Assembly (NCBI GenBank): GCA_964483465.1
Contig: CAZABG010000003.1
Coordinates: 1-61,774, forward strand
Length of the DNA stretch: 61,774 nt
Direction: 5' to 3'
Origin: an uncultured bacterium
GTDB lineage: Bacteria > Chlamydiota > Chlamydiia > Chlamydiales > Parachlamydiaceae
Shown here piece by piece: positions 47,502 to 58,076 of this stretch; the stretch's first letter is position 1; the number at the start of each line of letters is the position of its first letter. A model generated the notes under the pieces. That model searched no databases, was not told the origin of the DNA, and saw only the letters and a program-made list of their open reading frames with translations. Both the position numbers and the translations under genes were made by a program.

Positions 47502-48097
47502 TCTACCCTGTATATTTGACCCGTTTGCTTGCCTTCAACGCTTCGGCTATAAGCAAGAGCTACTCTTGCTGCGGGAGCCGGTTCAAACCCTCTAAAATAG
47601 GGTCCATAATCTTTCATCGATTCAAGGATGACAGTGGGGCTAACGCAGTTAATTCTTTGGCCTCTTGGAAGCTCGATTGCAGCGCCTATAACAAAACCAT
47701 TGATTGCCGCATTAACCATTGAAGCGGAACTTCCTGAAAATATGGGGACATTTGCTAAAATGCCTGATGTTAATGTAAAGGAGCCCCCATCATTTAAGTA
47801 GTCTCTTCCGGCTAAAACAACATTTACTTGGCCCATTAGCTTGTCATTCAATCCGATATAGTATTTTTCCTTGTCCATTCGATCCATCGGAGCAAATGCA
47901 ATTTTTCCTGTAGTGACAACAATCGCATCTACTTTGCCGGTTTTTTTGAATAAAGAGATGATAGAATCGGGAGAGGTAATATCCGTAACAAATTCCCCTT
48001 TAGAGTGTCCTACGACGATGAGATCGTGTCTTGCTCCAAGCTCTTTTTCCACCGCTTTTCCGATGGTGCCCGTTCCACCGATAAGTATTATTTTCAT
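47498..48097 (-). CDS. Short atypical SDR / NAD(P)-binding Rossmann protein
   Basis: MKIILIGGTGTIGKAV glycine-rich motif. 199 aa. A 4-nt ATGA overlap with the GDH start. Confidence 0.75.
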   Translation of the reverse strand: MKIILIGGTGTIGKAVEKELGARHDLIVVGHSKGEFVTDITSPDSIISLFKKTGKVDAIVVTTGKIAFAPMDRMDKEKYYIGLNDKLMGQVNVVLAGRDYLNDGGSFTLTSGILANVPIFSGSSASMVNAAINGFVIGAAIELPRGQRINCVSPTVILESMKDYGPYFRGFEPAPAARVALAYSRSVEGKQTGQIYRVE

Positions 48098-48170
48098 GAA
48101 TGACCTCTAACTTGATGTCTCTAAAAATTTTTTTAACTTATCTTAAGATAAATTGCTATCTATCTGATAT

Positions 48171-50183
48171 TTACCGGTTTAATTTTTTAAACCATTTAAT
48201 TATAGGTTGTAAGGATGGAGGTGAAATTGTATTAACTTCACCGGGTCCTTTAATTTTATCCCAATCTTCTTCAAGGCAATGAATGGCTTCATTTACTTTT
48301 TCATGAAAATTGGGGTTATCAGGATGGAGTTTTCGTGAAATAAGTTTCGTTAATAGATGCATATGAAAGGGTGTCGGATTCGCTATGTGCTTTAAAGCCT
48401 TTAAATAAACATCCGAAGGATAACGGAGCGGCTTTTCTTTATTCATGCCCTCATAAAAACGTGAAGCTTCGTCAGCTCTTAAAGGAAGTAGTTGGCATAT
48501 TTCATATTTTTCTTGAAAAACAAGCGTTTTTTGAGTTGCGAAGATAAATTTCGCATTAGGATATTCCTCTTTCCAGTCTTTAAAATAAGAAATCTCGTCG
48601 AGTGAATTTATGCCGTCAAAGATAAATAGGAAGGGGATAGTTTTTAAAATTTCTTTCGCTGAAATAAAAGGATCTAGTAGATGGGTATGCTTTTTATCCT
48701 TATCTAAGTGAATGTAGGGGATAAAATTTTTACTATCGCTATAGCTTGTTATCAAGAGGTCGGACAAATTGAATAGGGAAGCCGTTTTCCCTGAACCTCT
48801 TCCCCCTTCAAGGACTAAAATTTTATAAGGCGAGTCTAAAAATCTCTCCACGACATCTTTAAGAGGTACAATATGATGGTTATAAATAACGGTTAAGGGA
48901 AAATAAAAAACCTCAATTTGAGGGTGAAATAGGATTTCACATGTCATTTCGTCTACGATAGGATGAAAGGGAAGCGCATCCCTTTTTGATTCATAGTAAA
49001 GCGCGGGAAAATAGGCTTCTCTAAAAGTGTCAGGAAACTGCCACCTTAAATTTAAGGCCTCGCTTATTTCAACGACTTTTTGCCTTAATGATGAGCTCCA
49101 GTAATCGTTATTATGCAAGTTTTGAATAGTGTTTAAAATCCAGCGAGATAGATTTGTCCCTTCATCCGACATAAACGGTTTTCTTGGAGGCAAAAGGGAG
49201 CGAATGTGAATGAGCTTTTGAAGTGTTTTTATACTAGGGCATGCTTCCATTTCGAGATCGATATAAATGGATAATAGCTGAAATAAACAGCTTTCCTTGT
49301 CTATTTCTAGCATTTTTGGCGCTGCAAGATATTCTTTTAATAGATGCGCTTGAAGCCAGACAGGAAAAACCGAAATGTCGGTATTATAAGCATACTTAGC
49401 TTGTACGACCTCTAACGCATTTGGGTTTGTTGTAAGGTATTCTAGATATTTGCTGGAAAAATAATAATCCAAATCATCCGCATTCACAAGACCTGTCAAA
49501 GTCCAGGGGATGGGATTTCCTCTTAAAATAAAAACTTCTAAGCAAGTTGTGGTGTATTCGAGCTTAGGTAGGTTCGCAATTGAGGAATGTCTTTTGAAAT
49601 GAATTTCAATGAATTCATCAGATAAAAGATCTTTGAATTCATAGATTATTTTTTTGATGAATGCGGTGCATGCGTCGTAACGCTTAAGTTTAAAAAAAAT
49701 GACCTTCATCTGAGGAACAGTCAAAATATTTAAAAGGGGAATGACTTCTAATTCATCGGTTTCTGAAAGTGGGTTTTCTTTAAAAAAAAATTTTTGGATG
49801 ATTAGACGCCGAATATTCTCGCGCGTAAAGGGGGAGTGAATCTGAGCAAGTTCTCTTTCAATTCTGGGTTGAACGATTGATCTTGGATTTTCAAGGGAAG
49901 AAAAAGGGGATTTAGGAAGAACTTTAATACTATTATCAACGATTTCACATTCAAATTTAGAAGGATGATGAATGAAATCAAAAATGAGGAATGGGGCTAA
50001 AAAATCAGCTCCAAAATTAATTCTAAATGTTTTTTTTAGTTGAATTACTTTAGCTGTAAAAACAATGTGAGATGGAGCTATTTGAAAACTGAAAAGAAAG
50101 TGTAGTTTGTTATGGCTAAGTTCAAAGCTTTTTTTATCGCGTCTTTCAAGACAAAAAGTGTTAGGAACAATCGTTAAAGTCAT
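48171..50183 (-). CDS. NACHT/STAND-like P-loop NTPase with an unknown ~450-aa N-terminal domain
   Basis: Walker A LVLEGGRGSGKTASL, Walker B FLFIFDGINSLDE, then LPLRADEASRFYE and NPTPFHMHLL. This order matches the NACHT layout. The protein ends about 60 aa later, with no repeat or sensor domain. Confidence 0.55.
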   Translation of the reverse strand: MTLTIVPNTFCLERRDKKSFELSHNKLHFLFSFQIAPSHIVFTAKVIQLKKTFRINFGADFLAPFLIFDFIHHPSKFECEIVDNSIKVLPKSPFSSLENPRSIVQPRIERELAQIHSPFTRENIRRLIIQKFFFKENPLSETDELEVIPLLNILTVPQMKVIFFKLKRYDACTAFIKKIIYEFKDLLSDEFIEIHFKRHSSIANLPKLEYTTTCLEVFILRGNPIPWTLTGLVNADDLDYYFSSKYLEYLTTNPNALEVVQAKYAYNTDISVFPVWLQAHLLKEYLAAPKMLEIDKESCLFQLLSIYIDLEMEACPSIKTLQKLIHIRSLLPPRKPFMSDEGTNLSRWILNTIQNLHNNDYWSSSLRQKVVEISEALNLRWQFPDTFREAYFPALYYESKRDALPFHPIVDEMTCEILFHPQIEVFYFPLTVIYNHHIVPLKDVVERFLDSPYKILVLEGGRGSGKTASLFNLSDLLITSYSDSKNFIPYIHLDKDKKHTHLLDPFISAKEILKTIPFLFIFDGINSLDEISYFKDWKEEYPNAKFIFATQKTLVFQEKYEICQLLPLRADEASRFYEGMNKEKPLRYPSDVYLKALKHIANPTPFHMHLLTKLISRKLHPDNPNFHEKVNEAIHCLEEDWDKIKGPGEVNTISPPSLQPIIKWFKKLNR

Positions 50184-50225
50184 CGTATGAGGGTTTATCT
50201 TATCTCATACTTTTATGGAAGGAGT

Positions 50226-50720
50226 CTAAGGTATTTTTTTTAGTTTATTGTCCATTAAACTGATCGAAAAAAGAAGCTGAAGCAGAGGGCGAAAGTGAAC
50301 GGTAACTACGTTTCTAAGGTCAGGAAAATTCTTGACTTTATGCCAATTAGATCGCTTCTCCATCCATTTTTCAAAACTTATATCGTACGTGTAATAATGA
50401 AAAGGATGAATGACATAGTATTCTGACATGAAAAAGGTAATGAAGACTTCCTGCTCTCTTTCAAAGATATATTCTGATAATTGAATGTAACGATAGGTTC
50501 CGCAAAACTGGATAAGTGAGTTTTTGGGCAGTAATTGCGCATCCTCGTTATTCAGGCTGCTAGAGGGTTTAAACACTTGGCCGTAGATAAATGAAACACT
50601 TCGATTTATAACGCCATCATGGATTTTCCAGTGATGAAACCTTTTTTTACGGCATGTCGTATAGTGTCTTTCAAAAGGTCCTGCATTTATAGCGAGCAAG
50701 GTGTCAGGTAAAGGATTCAT
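50226..50720 (-). CDS. Hypothetical protein (164 aa)
   Basis: An ATG ORF between the SNF2 and NACHT-like genes on the same strand. No recognised motif. Confidence 0.5.
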   Translation of the reverse strand: MNPLPDTLLAINAGPFERHYTTCRKKRFHHWKIHDGVINRSVSFIYGQVFKPSSSLNNEDAQLLPKNSLIQFCGTYRYIQLSEYIFEREQEVFITFFMSEYYVIHPFHYYTYDISFEKWMEKRSNWHKVKNFPDLRNVVTVHFRPLLQLLFSISLMDNKLKKIP

Positions 50721-50798
50721 TTGAATGAATTAATAATGTTATAATTTCTAGCTATAGTAACATTTTTAATATTAAATTAAAACTATTAGATAATTATT

Positions 50799-53700
50799 CT
50801 AGGTTTCAGCATCTCGGAGCAGTTCGATAAGTTCATCGCGTGAAAGTGTTTTAATGACTTGAGAGTCGTCTGCGCCCACAATTTCTTCCATGCGCCGCGC
50901 TTTTTTCTCAATCATCTCATGGATACGTTCTTCAACACTATTAAGGGTGACTAATTTGAAGACCTGCACCCCTCGTGTTTGACCTATTCTATGAACCCGG
51001 TCGGTCGCCTGATTTTCCCTTGCTGCGTTCCACCAACGGTCATAATGGATGACGACCGAGGCCTGCGTAAGGTCGATACCAAGACCACCGGCCTGCAGGG
51101 AGGCTACAAAGACTTTACAGTTCGGATCGTTTTGAAAACGCCCTATTTCTTCCTTGCGGTTGATTGTAGAGCCTCTTAGAGAAGCAAAACCTACTCCAAT
51201 AGAAGTTAAATAAGATTCAATAATATCGAGCATGCCTAGGAAGTGGGAAAAAACGACTACTTTTTGTTCGGAGGCAAGGGCCTCTTCAAGTAATTCTTTA
51301 AATAATTCCCATTTACCAGACGAATATTGTTCGTAGTTAGACGGCTCCTTTAAAAATAGGGCAGGATGGTTGCATATCTTCTTGAGGTTTGAAAGGAGCG
51401 CAAAAATATGAATATAGGGGATCACCTTATTATCGTCATATAGGTCCCGAACAGCACCTCTTTTGGCTTCAGCAATCAAATTGTGATAGAGGTTTACTTG
51501 ATCTGGAAGAAGGTCAGCATGCGAGATCTCTTCGATCTTTTCAGGCAGATCGGTTAATACATCTTCTTTCTTACGGCGCAAGAGGAAGGGTTTAATCAAT
51601 CTGCTTAAAGAAGCTTTAGCTTCCAGATTTTCACCTTTTTCAATCGGCTTTACAAAAGATTCGATATAGACTTGTTCAGACGGCATAAGGCCCGGTAAAA
51701 CGATATCGAAAAGGGCTTTCAGCTCTCTTAAACGGTTTTCAAGGGGAGTACCTGTAAGGCCAACACGTGTAGATGCCTTAATTTGTTTAAGAGAAAGATG
51801 GATGCGCGATAAATGGTTTTTAGCGAGCTGAATTTCATCAAAAACCGCGAGTTCAAAGGGGATGGTTTTAAATTTCTCAATTTCGTTTCTTAAAATACCG
51901 TAGGAGGTGATCACAAGATCGGCTTTTGCCATTTGGCTAAAGTCTCTTTTTAAGCCATGAAAAGTAAAATGGGTAAGGGTCGGGAAATATAGTTTGAGTT
52001 TATCTTCCCAGTGGTGAAGAACGGAGGTAGGGCATACCACTAAAAATTTAGAGTCTTTTTTGTAGGTTTGAATCGAAGCCATTAAACCCATTGCCTGGTG
52101 GGTTTTACCAAGCCCCATATCGTCGGAAAGAAGGCCCGATAAACGGTGCGTATATAAGAACCATAGCCAGTTAACGCCTACTTCCTGATAGGGGCGAAGA
52201 ACGCTTCTCAAAGCTTCATGATGAATGAGTTTGCTGGGTTTCAATTCCTGGAATTCTTTTAAAACGGGCAAATCGATCTTAACATCGGTAAGGGCGAGCA
52301 ATTTTAAAATATCAAGGCTTGAAAAGTAGGGGCGGTTCTTTGCGATATCCTTCAATACAAGTTTTAAAGGCTCAAGTTCAATATCGATCAGGCCCGCTTT
52401 CGTAAAATGAAATCGTTTCTCTTTTGTTGGGATGGGTATTCCATTTACAAGCAATTCTCCCTTATAGCTTTTTGCGGTGTCGTCCCAATCAAGCGAAGAA
52501 AAGGAAAAGGTTATGTTTTTCGGATAAGCTAGAGTGTCATCTTTTGTCGAGATGTAGGGAGCAAGCGTCTTTAACGTTTCTCCAAAAAATTTCGGGTATT
52601 CGCTTTCATGAATTATAGTGGGAGCGCGATAAGCATTTGGCAAAAAATGACGGGGAGAATAAGGAAAAAAGCCTTGATTTTCGATATAGATATAGTCATC
52701 AAAGAAGTGATATTTTTTATTCTTAAACTCCTCTTCCCATTGATAGCGGGGAATCACTTCTATTCCCTCATTAACGGGATATATATCAAGCGATGCTTGT
52801 TCAATAGGAGGCCTTTCTAAGAAGAATCCAGGGACAAGCTTTAGCTCCCGTTCATTTTTTCTTATGAAAGAAGCGACTTCATGTTCTTTTATAGGCGTGT
52901 TTAAAGGCAAGTTTGTTTCAAAAGAGCTTTTAGAAAAGAATCCTTGTCCTTTGACGTAAATTAACGAACCGAATTCATAAGATGCCGGAAGCGGCGTTGA
53001 CTTCATGCTGCTTTCTAAAGTCAAAGAATGGCGTTCGTCGACTTTATAAGATAAGACGGTTTCGATAGGCTGTAAATGGACTTTAAATCCTTCAAGACCG
53101 TTAAGATAGGCTTGATGCGTCATTACATAATCATACACTTTGTCGCGAGCAATTTTTGCCCCTTTTAAATGAGGAGGAGCATCGATAATACGCTTAAATT
53201 TTCCGTTTATGTAAAGCCAGTTTCCAAAGATCTCTCCCTCTTCAAGGTCCCCTGACTTTTGAAAATAAGGAGTAGTATGAAGGGTGCCTCTTTCAATTTT
53301 AATATCGGTGTGCAAGTGACTCGGGCTTGGATCGATTTGTATGAATTCCGAAAGATCTTGTTGGTATTTATCTAAAAAGGCGCCAACATCCGTTACTACC
53401 GGTTTGATCATTTCAAGCCGCTCAGGGTTGATGAAGCCTTTTCCTTTTTCAAAATAATAATCATGAAATTTTTTGTGAGATTTAAACGAAGTTTCTTTGT
53501 TCTTTAAATCTAAGTGGAGCGTTTTTTCTTTCGCATCAAAATGAACCTTTTCAACCTGGCTTGAAAAATCGCCAAAGAGTTTTAAATTCGAATCCACTTG
53601 GTTAAGTTTTGGGATAAGGCGATTAAGTTCTTTTTCGGTTAAGCGGTAATGAAATTCAAAGTCTTTGGTATCAACTTTAAGATCGAGAGGAATAGGATCG

Positions 53701-54320
53701 CCTGAGAAAATGATGGAAGGAGCGACTCCATTTTCGTGCTGAAGCAAAAGCGATTTAGCAAGATCGCTCCAAAAGGAAAATTCATAATGGATTTTAGGCG
53801 TCAGATGTCCATGCTTGATTTGAGCTAGCTCATCTTCAGTAAGGTCCGAAAATTTTAACGAATTTTCTTCAGTCGGAGGAACCCCTTTTTGAATAAGTTC
53901 TTTAAGGAACTGTTCGCCCGCCTTATTGTGAGCTTTAAAGGAAATATATTTATTTTTTTTCAGGACCTGGGGATTTGAACCCACTCTTTCATCAATGCTT
54001 AAAAAGAGTTCACGATAAAAGCTTTTTTCATAACGGATGTGTAGCGGCTCTAGATGGCCGTTATATATTTTTATAAAGCTTGCGGCGATGTGCGGGCATC
54101 CTGGTCTTTCGTTTTCTTCGGAACATAGGCAGAACGAATCGGCGATACCGCCCTTTTCATCAAGGTGTAAAAAAGCCCAATAGGCTTCTTTGGCTTCGGG
54201 ATCATAAACGTTTACTTGATAAGTGCGTCCCGAAAACTCTAATGCTTTTATCGCGCCGCCATTAAGCCATTTAAGCGCTTCTTTTTTATATACTTCGAGG
54301 TTTTTGGGTAACCAAATCAT
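50799..54320 (-). CDS. SWIM zinc-finger / SNF2-family helicase
   Basis: SWIM CxC..CxH (CLCSEENERPGCPHIAAS) near the N-terminus. SNF2 motifs LSDDMGLGKT, FDEIQLAKN, LTGTPLENRL, and helicase-C QATDRVHRIGQ. The ATG at 54320 is preferred over the tracked TTG at 54341. Confidence 0.85.
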   Translation of the reverse strand: MIWLPKNLEVYKKEALKWLNGGAIKALEFSGRTYQVNVYDPEAKEAYWAFLHLDEKGGIADSFCLCSEENERPGCPHIAASFIKIYNGHLEPLHIRYEKSFYRELFLSIDERVGSNPQVLKKNKYISFKAHNKAGEQFLKELIQKGVPPTEENSLKFSDLTEDELAQIKHGHLTPKIHYEFSFWSDLAKSLLLQHENGVAPSIIFSGDPIPLDLKVDTKDFEFHYRLTEKELNRLIPKLNQVDSNLKLFGDFSSQVEKVHFDAKEKTLHLDLKNKETSFKSHKKFHDYYFEKGKGFINPERLEMIKPVVTDVGAFLDKYQQDLSEFIQIDPSPSHLHTDIKIERGTLHTTPYFQKSGDLEEGEIFGNWLYINGKFKRIIDAPPHLKGAKIARDKVYDYVMTHQAYLNGLEGFKVHLQPIETVLSYKVDERHSLTLESSMKSTPLPASYEFGSLIYVKGQGFFSKSSFETNLPLNTPIKEHEVASFIRKNERELKLVPGFFLERPPIEQASLDIYPVNEGIEVIPRYQWEEEFKNKKYHFFDDYIYIENQGFFPYSPRHFLPNAYRAPTIIHESEYPKFFGETLKTLAPYISTKDDTLAYPKNITFSFSSLDWDDTAKSYKGELLVNGIPIPTKEKRFHFTKAGLIDIELEPLKLVLKDIAKNRPYFSSLDILKLLALTDVKIDLPVLKEFQELKPSKLIHHEALRSVLRPYQEVGVNWLWFLYTHRLSGLLSDDMGLGKTHQAMGLMASIQTYKKDSKFLVVCPTSVLHHWEDKLKLYFPTLTHFTFHGLKRDFSQMAKADLVITSYGILRNEIEKFKTIPFELAVFDEIQLAKNHLSRIHLSLKQIKASTRVGLTGTPLENRLRELKALFDIVLPGLMPSEQVYIESFVKPIEKGENLEAKASLSRLIKPFLLRRKKEDVLTDLPEKIEEISHADLLPDQVNLYHNLIAEAKRGAVRDLYDDNKVIPYIHIFALLSNLKKICNHPALFLKEPSNYEQYSSGKWELFKELLEEALASEQKVVVFSHFLGMLDIIESYLTSIGVGFASLRGSTINRKEEIGRFQNDPNCKVFVASLQAGGLGIDLTQASVVIHYDRWWNAARENQATDRVHRIGQTRGVQVFKLVTLNSVEERIHEMIEKKARRMEEIVGADDSQVIKTLSRDELIELLRDAET

Positions 54321-54605
54321 TCTTATTCTTTTATAAAGCAAAATTTAAAAAAAGACCTGTTAAGATACGCTTAAGATTTATGATCCTACGGCTAAGTGCC
54401 TTATTTTTACCTATAGAGATCATAAGAGAGAATTCCACGCTGAGCGACGATAGAGAGGCTCGTTTCTTCTCAATTTATTGGCTGAAACAGTGATTTGTAT
54501 TTCTATATTGATGTAACTTGAGGCTAGTAGAGAATAGTGGCCCTCTCTAATGACCTCTCTGTTCAGTTTTCTCTCTTGATTTCTGTGGGTAAAAATAAAA
54601 AATCT

Positions 54606-57600
54606 TTAAACCAGCGCAGCTTCGCGTTTCTGGAATTCCATCATCAGGATTTTTGATACGCCCTTCTCTTCCATAGAAACGCCGTAGAGTTTTTCCGCGA
54701 CCCCCATAGTCTTTTTATTATGGGTAATAACGATAAACTGAGTACGGTCTTTGAAGTGTTTTACCATCTCGACAAAACGTCCCACGTTTGTGTCATCAAG
54801 CGGCGCGTCAATTTCATCGAGTATACAGAACGGCGATGCCTTGACTTCAAAGATAGCAAATAGGAGGGCAAGAGCCGTTAAGCACTTTTCACCGCCTGAA
54901 AGAAGGTTTATGGAACGCATCTGTTTGCCTGGCGGCTTTGCGTGAATCTCAACGCCTGCTTTAAGCAAGTCTTCTTGAGAAGTAAGTTCAAGGTCCGCGT
55001 CTCCGCCGTTAAAAAGGATGGCAAAATTCTTTTTAAAGTTCGCTCTAACCTTTTCGAATGTTTCAAAAAAGAGCGTTCTGCTTTCCCCTTTTAATTTTTC
55101 GATAATGGTTAAGAGATCGCCTTTCGTGCTATTTAAGTCGCCAAGATCTTTCGTCAGGACGTTTTTGCGGTCATGGTATTGATCAAGGGTTTCAAGCGCG
55201 GCAAGATTGACGTCTTTATAGTTTTCAAGTTCGTTTTTGCAGGAACGGATCTCTTTTTCAAGTTTATCTATAGCCGAGTCTGTAACTTTTAGCGGTATGC
55301 CGGGGAATTGTTCGTTAAACTGTGCAAGAAGGGTAGCTTCCATCGTTTCAAGCTGGCTGAATTGAATCCCTTTTGAATGGATGTGTTCGCTAGCTTTCTT
55401 AAGCTTCTCTTCTTCGTTTTCAACCCCTTTTTCTTTATCGGTAATCTCGGATTTTATCTTTTCAAAAGCTTTAAGGGCTTTTTCCACACCCTCTTTCTCT
55501 TTTGTTAGATTTTTGCTTCCCGTTTCACTCTCTTTCTTTAAAACAGCTTCTTTTTTAACAAGGGTTTCAAGCTGAATTTTTGCCGCTTTCAATTCTTCAT
55601 CGTATTTCTTTGCGAGGCTATCGGCTTCCTGTGTTTTGACTTCCAAAACTTTTAAAATATGAGACGTTTTTCTTTGTTCATCAAGGCTAAGATTAAGTTC
55701 TTGCGAACGCTTGCTTAAAAGGGCTTTTTCCTTTTCAAAGGTTTCGTTGAGTTTCTTCAATTCATTTTCTATCGTCGTTTTTGTTTTTGCAAGCTCTGCT
55801 TGCTCTTTTTCGAGTTTTTCAACGATCCCTTTTTGCTCTTTTAAATCGAATTCTAATTTTGCAAGGGCAGCTTCATCTTGCAACCTTTTCTCTTTAATCT
55901 CTCCAAGCGTTTTTCTGATACGGGTGATATCGGCCTTTATCTTTTGAAACTGGAAATTCCTTTCCACAAGACGCATCTCTTTTTCACGAATTTGAGTATC
56001 GAGTTCCCGTCTTGATTTCTGCTGCGTTTCTTTTTTCTCTTTTGCCCCTTTTAAGTCGGCTTCAATCCGATTTAGATCTTTTGTGATAGAGGCAATGCCG
56101 GTAATTGCAGCTTTTAGTTCCGCATCACGCAAGAAAAGGTTTTGTCCTTGATTTGATCCTCTTGAAATTACCTTCATGCGATCAATATAAAAACCGTCCA
56201 ATGTATACACTTCTTCAAAAGAAGATGCCTGGGCAAACGCTTCTTCCAGATCTTTTACAACGCCTTTTTGGTTTAAAAAGTGGGAGACTAACGCATTCGA
56301 TTCGACTTTCTCTTTTAATGCAGATGTGAAAGGAGAGGCTTTTTTAGGAAGCAATATGCATGAAAAGTCGGTGATATTTTTGTCTTTTGCGTGTTTTAAG
56401 ACCTTCTTTAACAATTCTTCCGATTCGGCAACTAACGTATCTCCATAAGATTTTAAAAGAGCCGCGCACGTATTTTCAAAGCCTGATTGAACTTTAAAAT
56501 ATTCGTAGAGCTTTTTTAATTCAGGAAATGCTTTAAGTAATGTTTTTGAGCCTGATGAAAAACCTTCCATCTCTTCTTTTAGCTTAGAGAGGGTTTTTTC
56601 TTTTGATTGCAAGCTGACGAGGTCGCGGCGTAAATTGCCTTGAGCCGTATCTTGCGCATCAATCAGTTCTTGATGGGCTTTGATTTCCTGATCTAATTTC
56701 GTAAAGCTCTTTTTCAGTTTTTCAATTTCAGAGCTTAGCGTTTCGAGATCTTTCCCTTGGTCTTTTTCAAGTTCGACTGATTTAGAGAGTTCAACATCGA
56801 GTTTTTTTTCGGTTTTGATCCCTTCTTCAAGCTTTTCTTTGATCAAGTCTCTTCGCGTTTCATTTTGTCTGTAAGTTCCTGCGATATCTCCCGATTCACG
56901 CGACTTCTTTAAGGAACGGTTGTGGATATCGATCAGCTCATCCCTTTTTTCAGCGACCTGCTTTTCACAGGTTTTGAACTTCGCTTCTTGAACCTGAAAA
57001 CTCTTTTTAATTTCATCAAGAGCAATACGAACTTTATCTTCTTGGGTGAGCTTGTCTTTCATCTCTTTCGTACGTTCAAGCTGGGAATTTCCGAGTTTCT
57101 TCAGTTCGCCATCTAATCGTTCGATTGCTTTTTTTGTTTCTTCAATACGCTCAAGAACTGTTTCTTGCTCTTTAAGCTTCACATCGTTTTGCCCTTTCAT
57201 CTCAAAATAGCGAGCTTCAAGAGCTTTTAATTCTTCGCCTTTCTTTTCAGCCTCTTCCCGTTTTTCGCGGAATAGATCTTTTAGTTCATTTAGATGTTTT
57301 TCTTGTTTGGCTTTAGTCTGATCTTCTTCGCTAAGCGTTTTTTGAAGGGCGTTCTTTTTCGTTTGGGTATGGTTAATTTTATTGCTGATCAATTCGATTT
57401 CAGCGTCTTTTAATTTTTCAGTCAGCTTTTTGAATTTAGCCGCTTTTTCAGCTTGCTTTTGGAGCTCTTCGATTTGCCCTGCTACTTCTTTTACGATATC
57501 TTCGAGACGTTTTGCGTTATTATCGACATCAAGCAGCTTTCGCATGGTTTCTTTTTCATTCATGAGGAAGCGCGATATGCCCGCAGCCGATTCAAATATG

Positions 57601-58076
57601 GTTCTTCTTTCTTCAGGATTTAACTGGATGACCTGATCGATTTTGCCTTGTTCAAATATCCAGTAGGCATTTTTTCCCATTCCGATATCGATCAAAAGAG
57701 CCTGGACATCTTTTAGGCGGACAACATTATTATTGATTAAGTATTCGGAATCACCGTTTCTATGGTATCTTCTTGTAATTTCAACTTCGCGGTAGGGGAT
57801 TTCGACTTTTCCCAAATGGTTGTCGAAGGTGAGTGTGACTTCGGCTAAATTTAAAGGTTTTCTTTTCGTCGTACCGGCAAAAATAACGTCCTGCATATTG
57901 CCGCCGCGCATTGATTTTGCTGATTGCTCTCCCATAACCCAGCGGAAAGCGTCAGCGATATTTGATTTTCCGCAGCCATTCGGGCCGACAATGCCGTTGA
58001 GCTCTTCATCGAAGAGAAGCTCGACTTTGTCCGCAAAAGACTTAAAACCAGATATTTTAATCTTTTTTAATTTCAT
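54606..58076 (-). CDS. smc: Chromosome segregation protein SMC
   Basis: MKLKKIKISGFKSFADK..GPNGCGKSN head, long coiled coils, a central hinge, and C-terminal LSGGEKCLTALALLFAIF..LDEIDAPLD. The ATG at 58076 is preferred over the tracked upstream start. Confidence 0.92.
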   Translation of the reverse strand: MKLKKIKISGFKSFADKVELLFDEELNGIVGPNGCGKSNIADAFRWVMGEQSAKSMRGGNMQDVIFAGTTKRKPLNLAEVTLTFDNHLGKVEIPYREVEITRRYHRNGDSEYLINNNVVRLKDVQALLIDIGMGKNAYWIFEQGKIDQVIQLNPEERRTIFESAAGISRFLMNEKETMRKLLDVDNNAKRLEDIVKEVAGQIEELQKQAEKAAKFKKLTEKLKDAEIELISNKINHTQTKKNALQKTLSEEDQTKAKQEKHLNELKDLFREKREEAEKKGEELKALEARYFEMKGQNDVKLKEQETVLERIEETKKAIERLDGELKKLGNSQLERTKEMKDKLTQEDKVRIALDEIKKSFQVQEAKFKTCEKQVAEKRDELIDIHNRSLKKSRESGDIAGTYRQNETRRDLIKEKLEEGIKTEKKLDVELSKSVELEKDQGKDLETLSSEIEKLKKSFTKLDQEIKAHQELIDAQDTAQGNLRRDLVSLQSKEKTLSKLKEEMEGFSSGSKTLLKAFPELKKLYEYFKVQSGFENTCAALLKSYGDTLVAESEELLKKVLKHAKDKNITDFSCILLPKKASPFTSALKEKVESNALVSHFLNQKGVVKDLEEAFAQASSFEEVYTLDGFYIDRMKVISRGSNQGQNLFLRDAELKAAITGIASITKDLNRIEADLKGAKEKKETQQKSRRELDTQIREKEMRLVERNFQFQKIKADITRIRKTLGEIKEKRLQDEAALAKLEFDLKEQKGIVEKLEKEQAELAKTKTTIENELKKLNETFEKEKALLSKRSQELNLSLDEQRKTSHILKVLEVKTQEADSLAKKYDEELKAAKIQLETLVKKEAVLKKESETGSKNLTKEKEGVEKALKAFEKIKSEITDKEKGVENEEEKLKKASEHIHSKGIQFSQLETMEATLLAQFNEQFPGIPLKVTDSAIDKLEKEIRSCKNELENYKDVNLAALETLDQYHDRKNVLTKDLGDLNSTKGDLLTIIEKLKGESRTLFFETFEKVRANFKKNFAILFNGGDADLELTSQEDLLKAGVEIHAKPPGKQMRSINLLSGGEKCLTALALLFAIFEVKASPFCILDEIDAPLDDTNVGRFVEMVKHFKDRTQFIVITHNKKTMGVAEKLYGVSMEEKGVSKILMMEFQKREAALV

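Noticed and set aside
50799-54341. The SNF2 helicase could be part of a DISARM-like defence system.
   Set aside because: SWIM-SNF2 proteins of this size are conserved housekeeping genes in Chlamydiae as I recall. No DUF1998, PLD or methyltransferase partners are adjacent.
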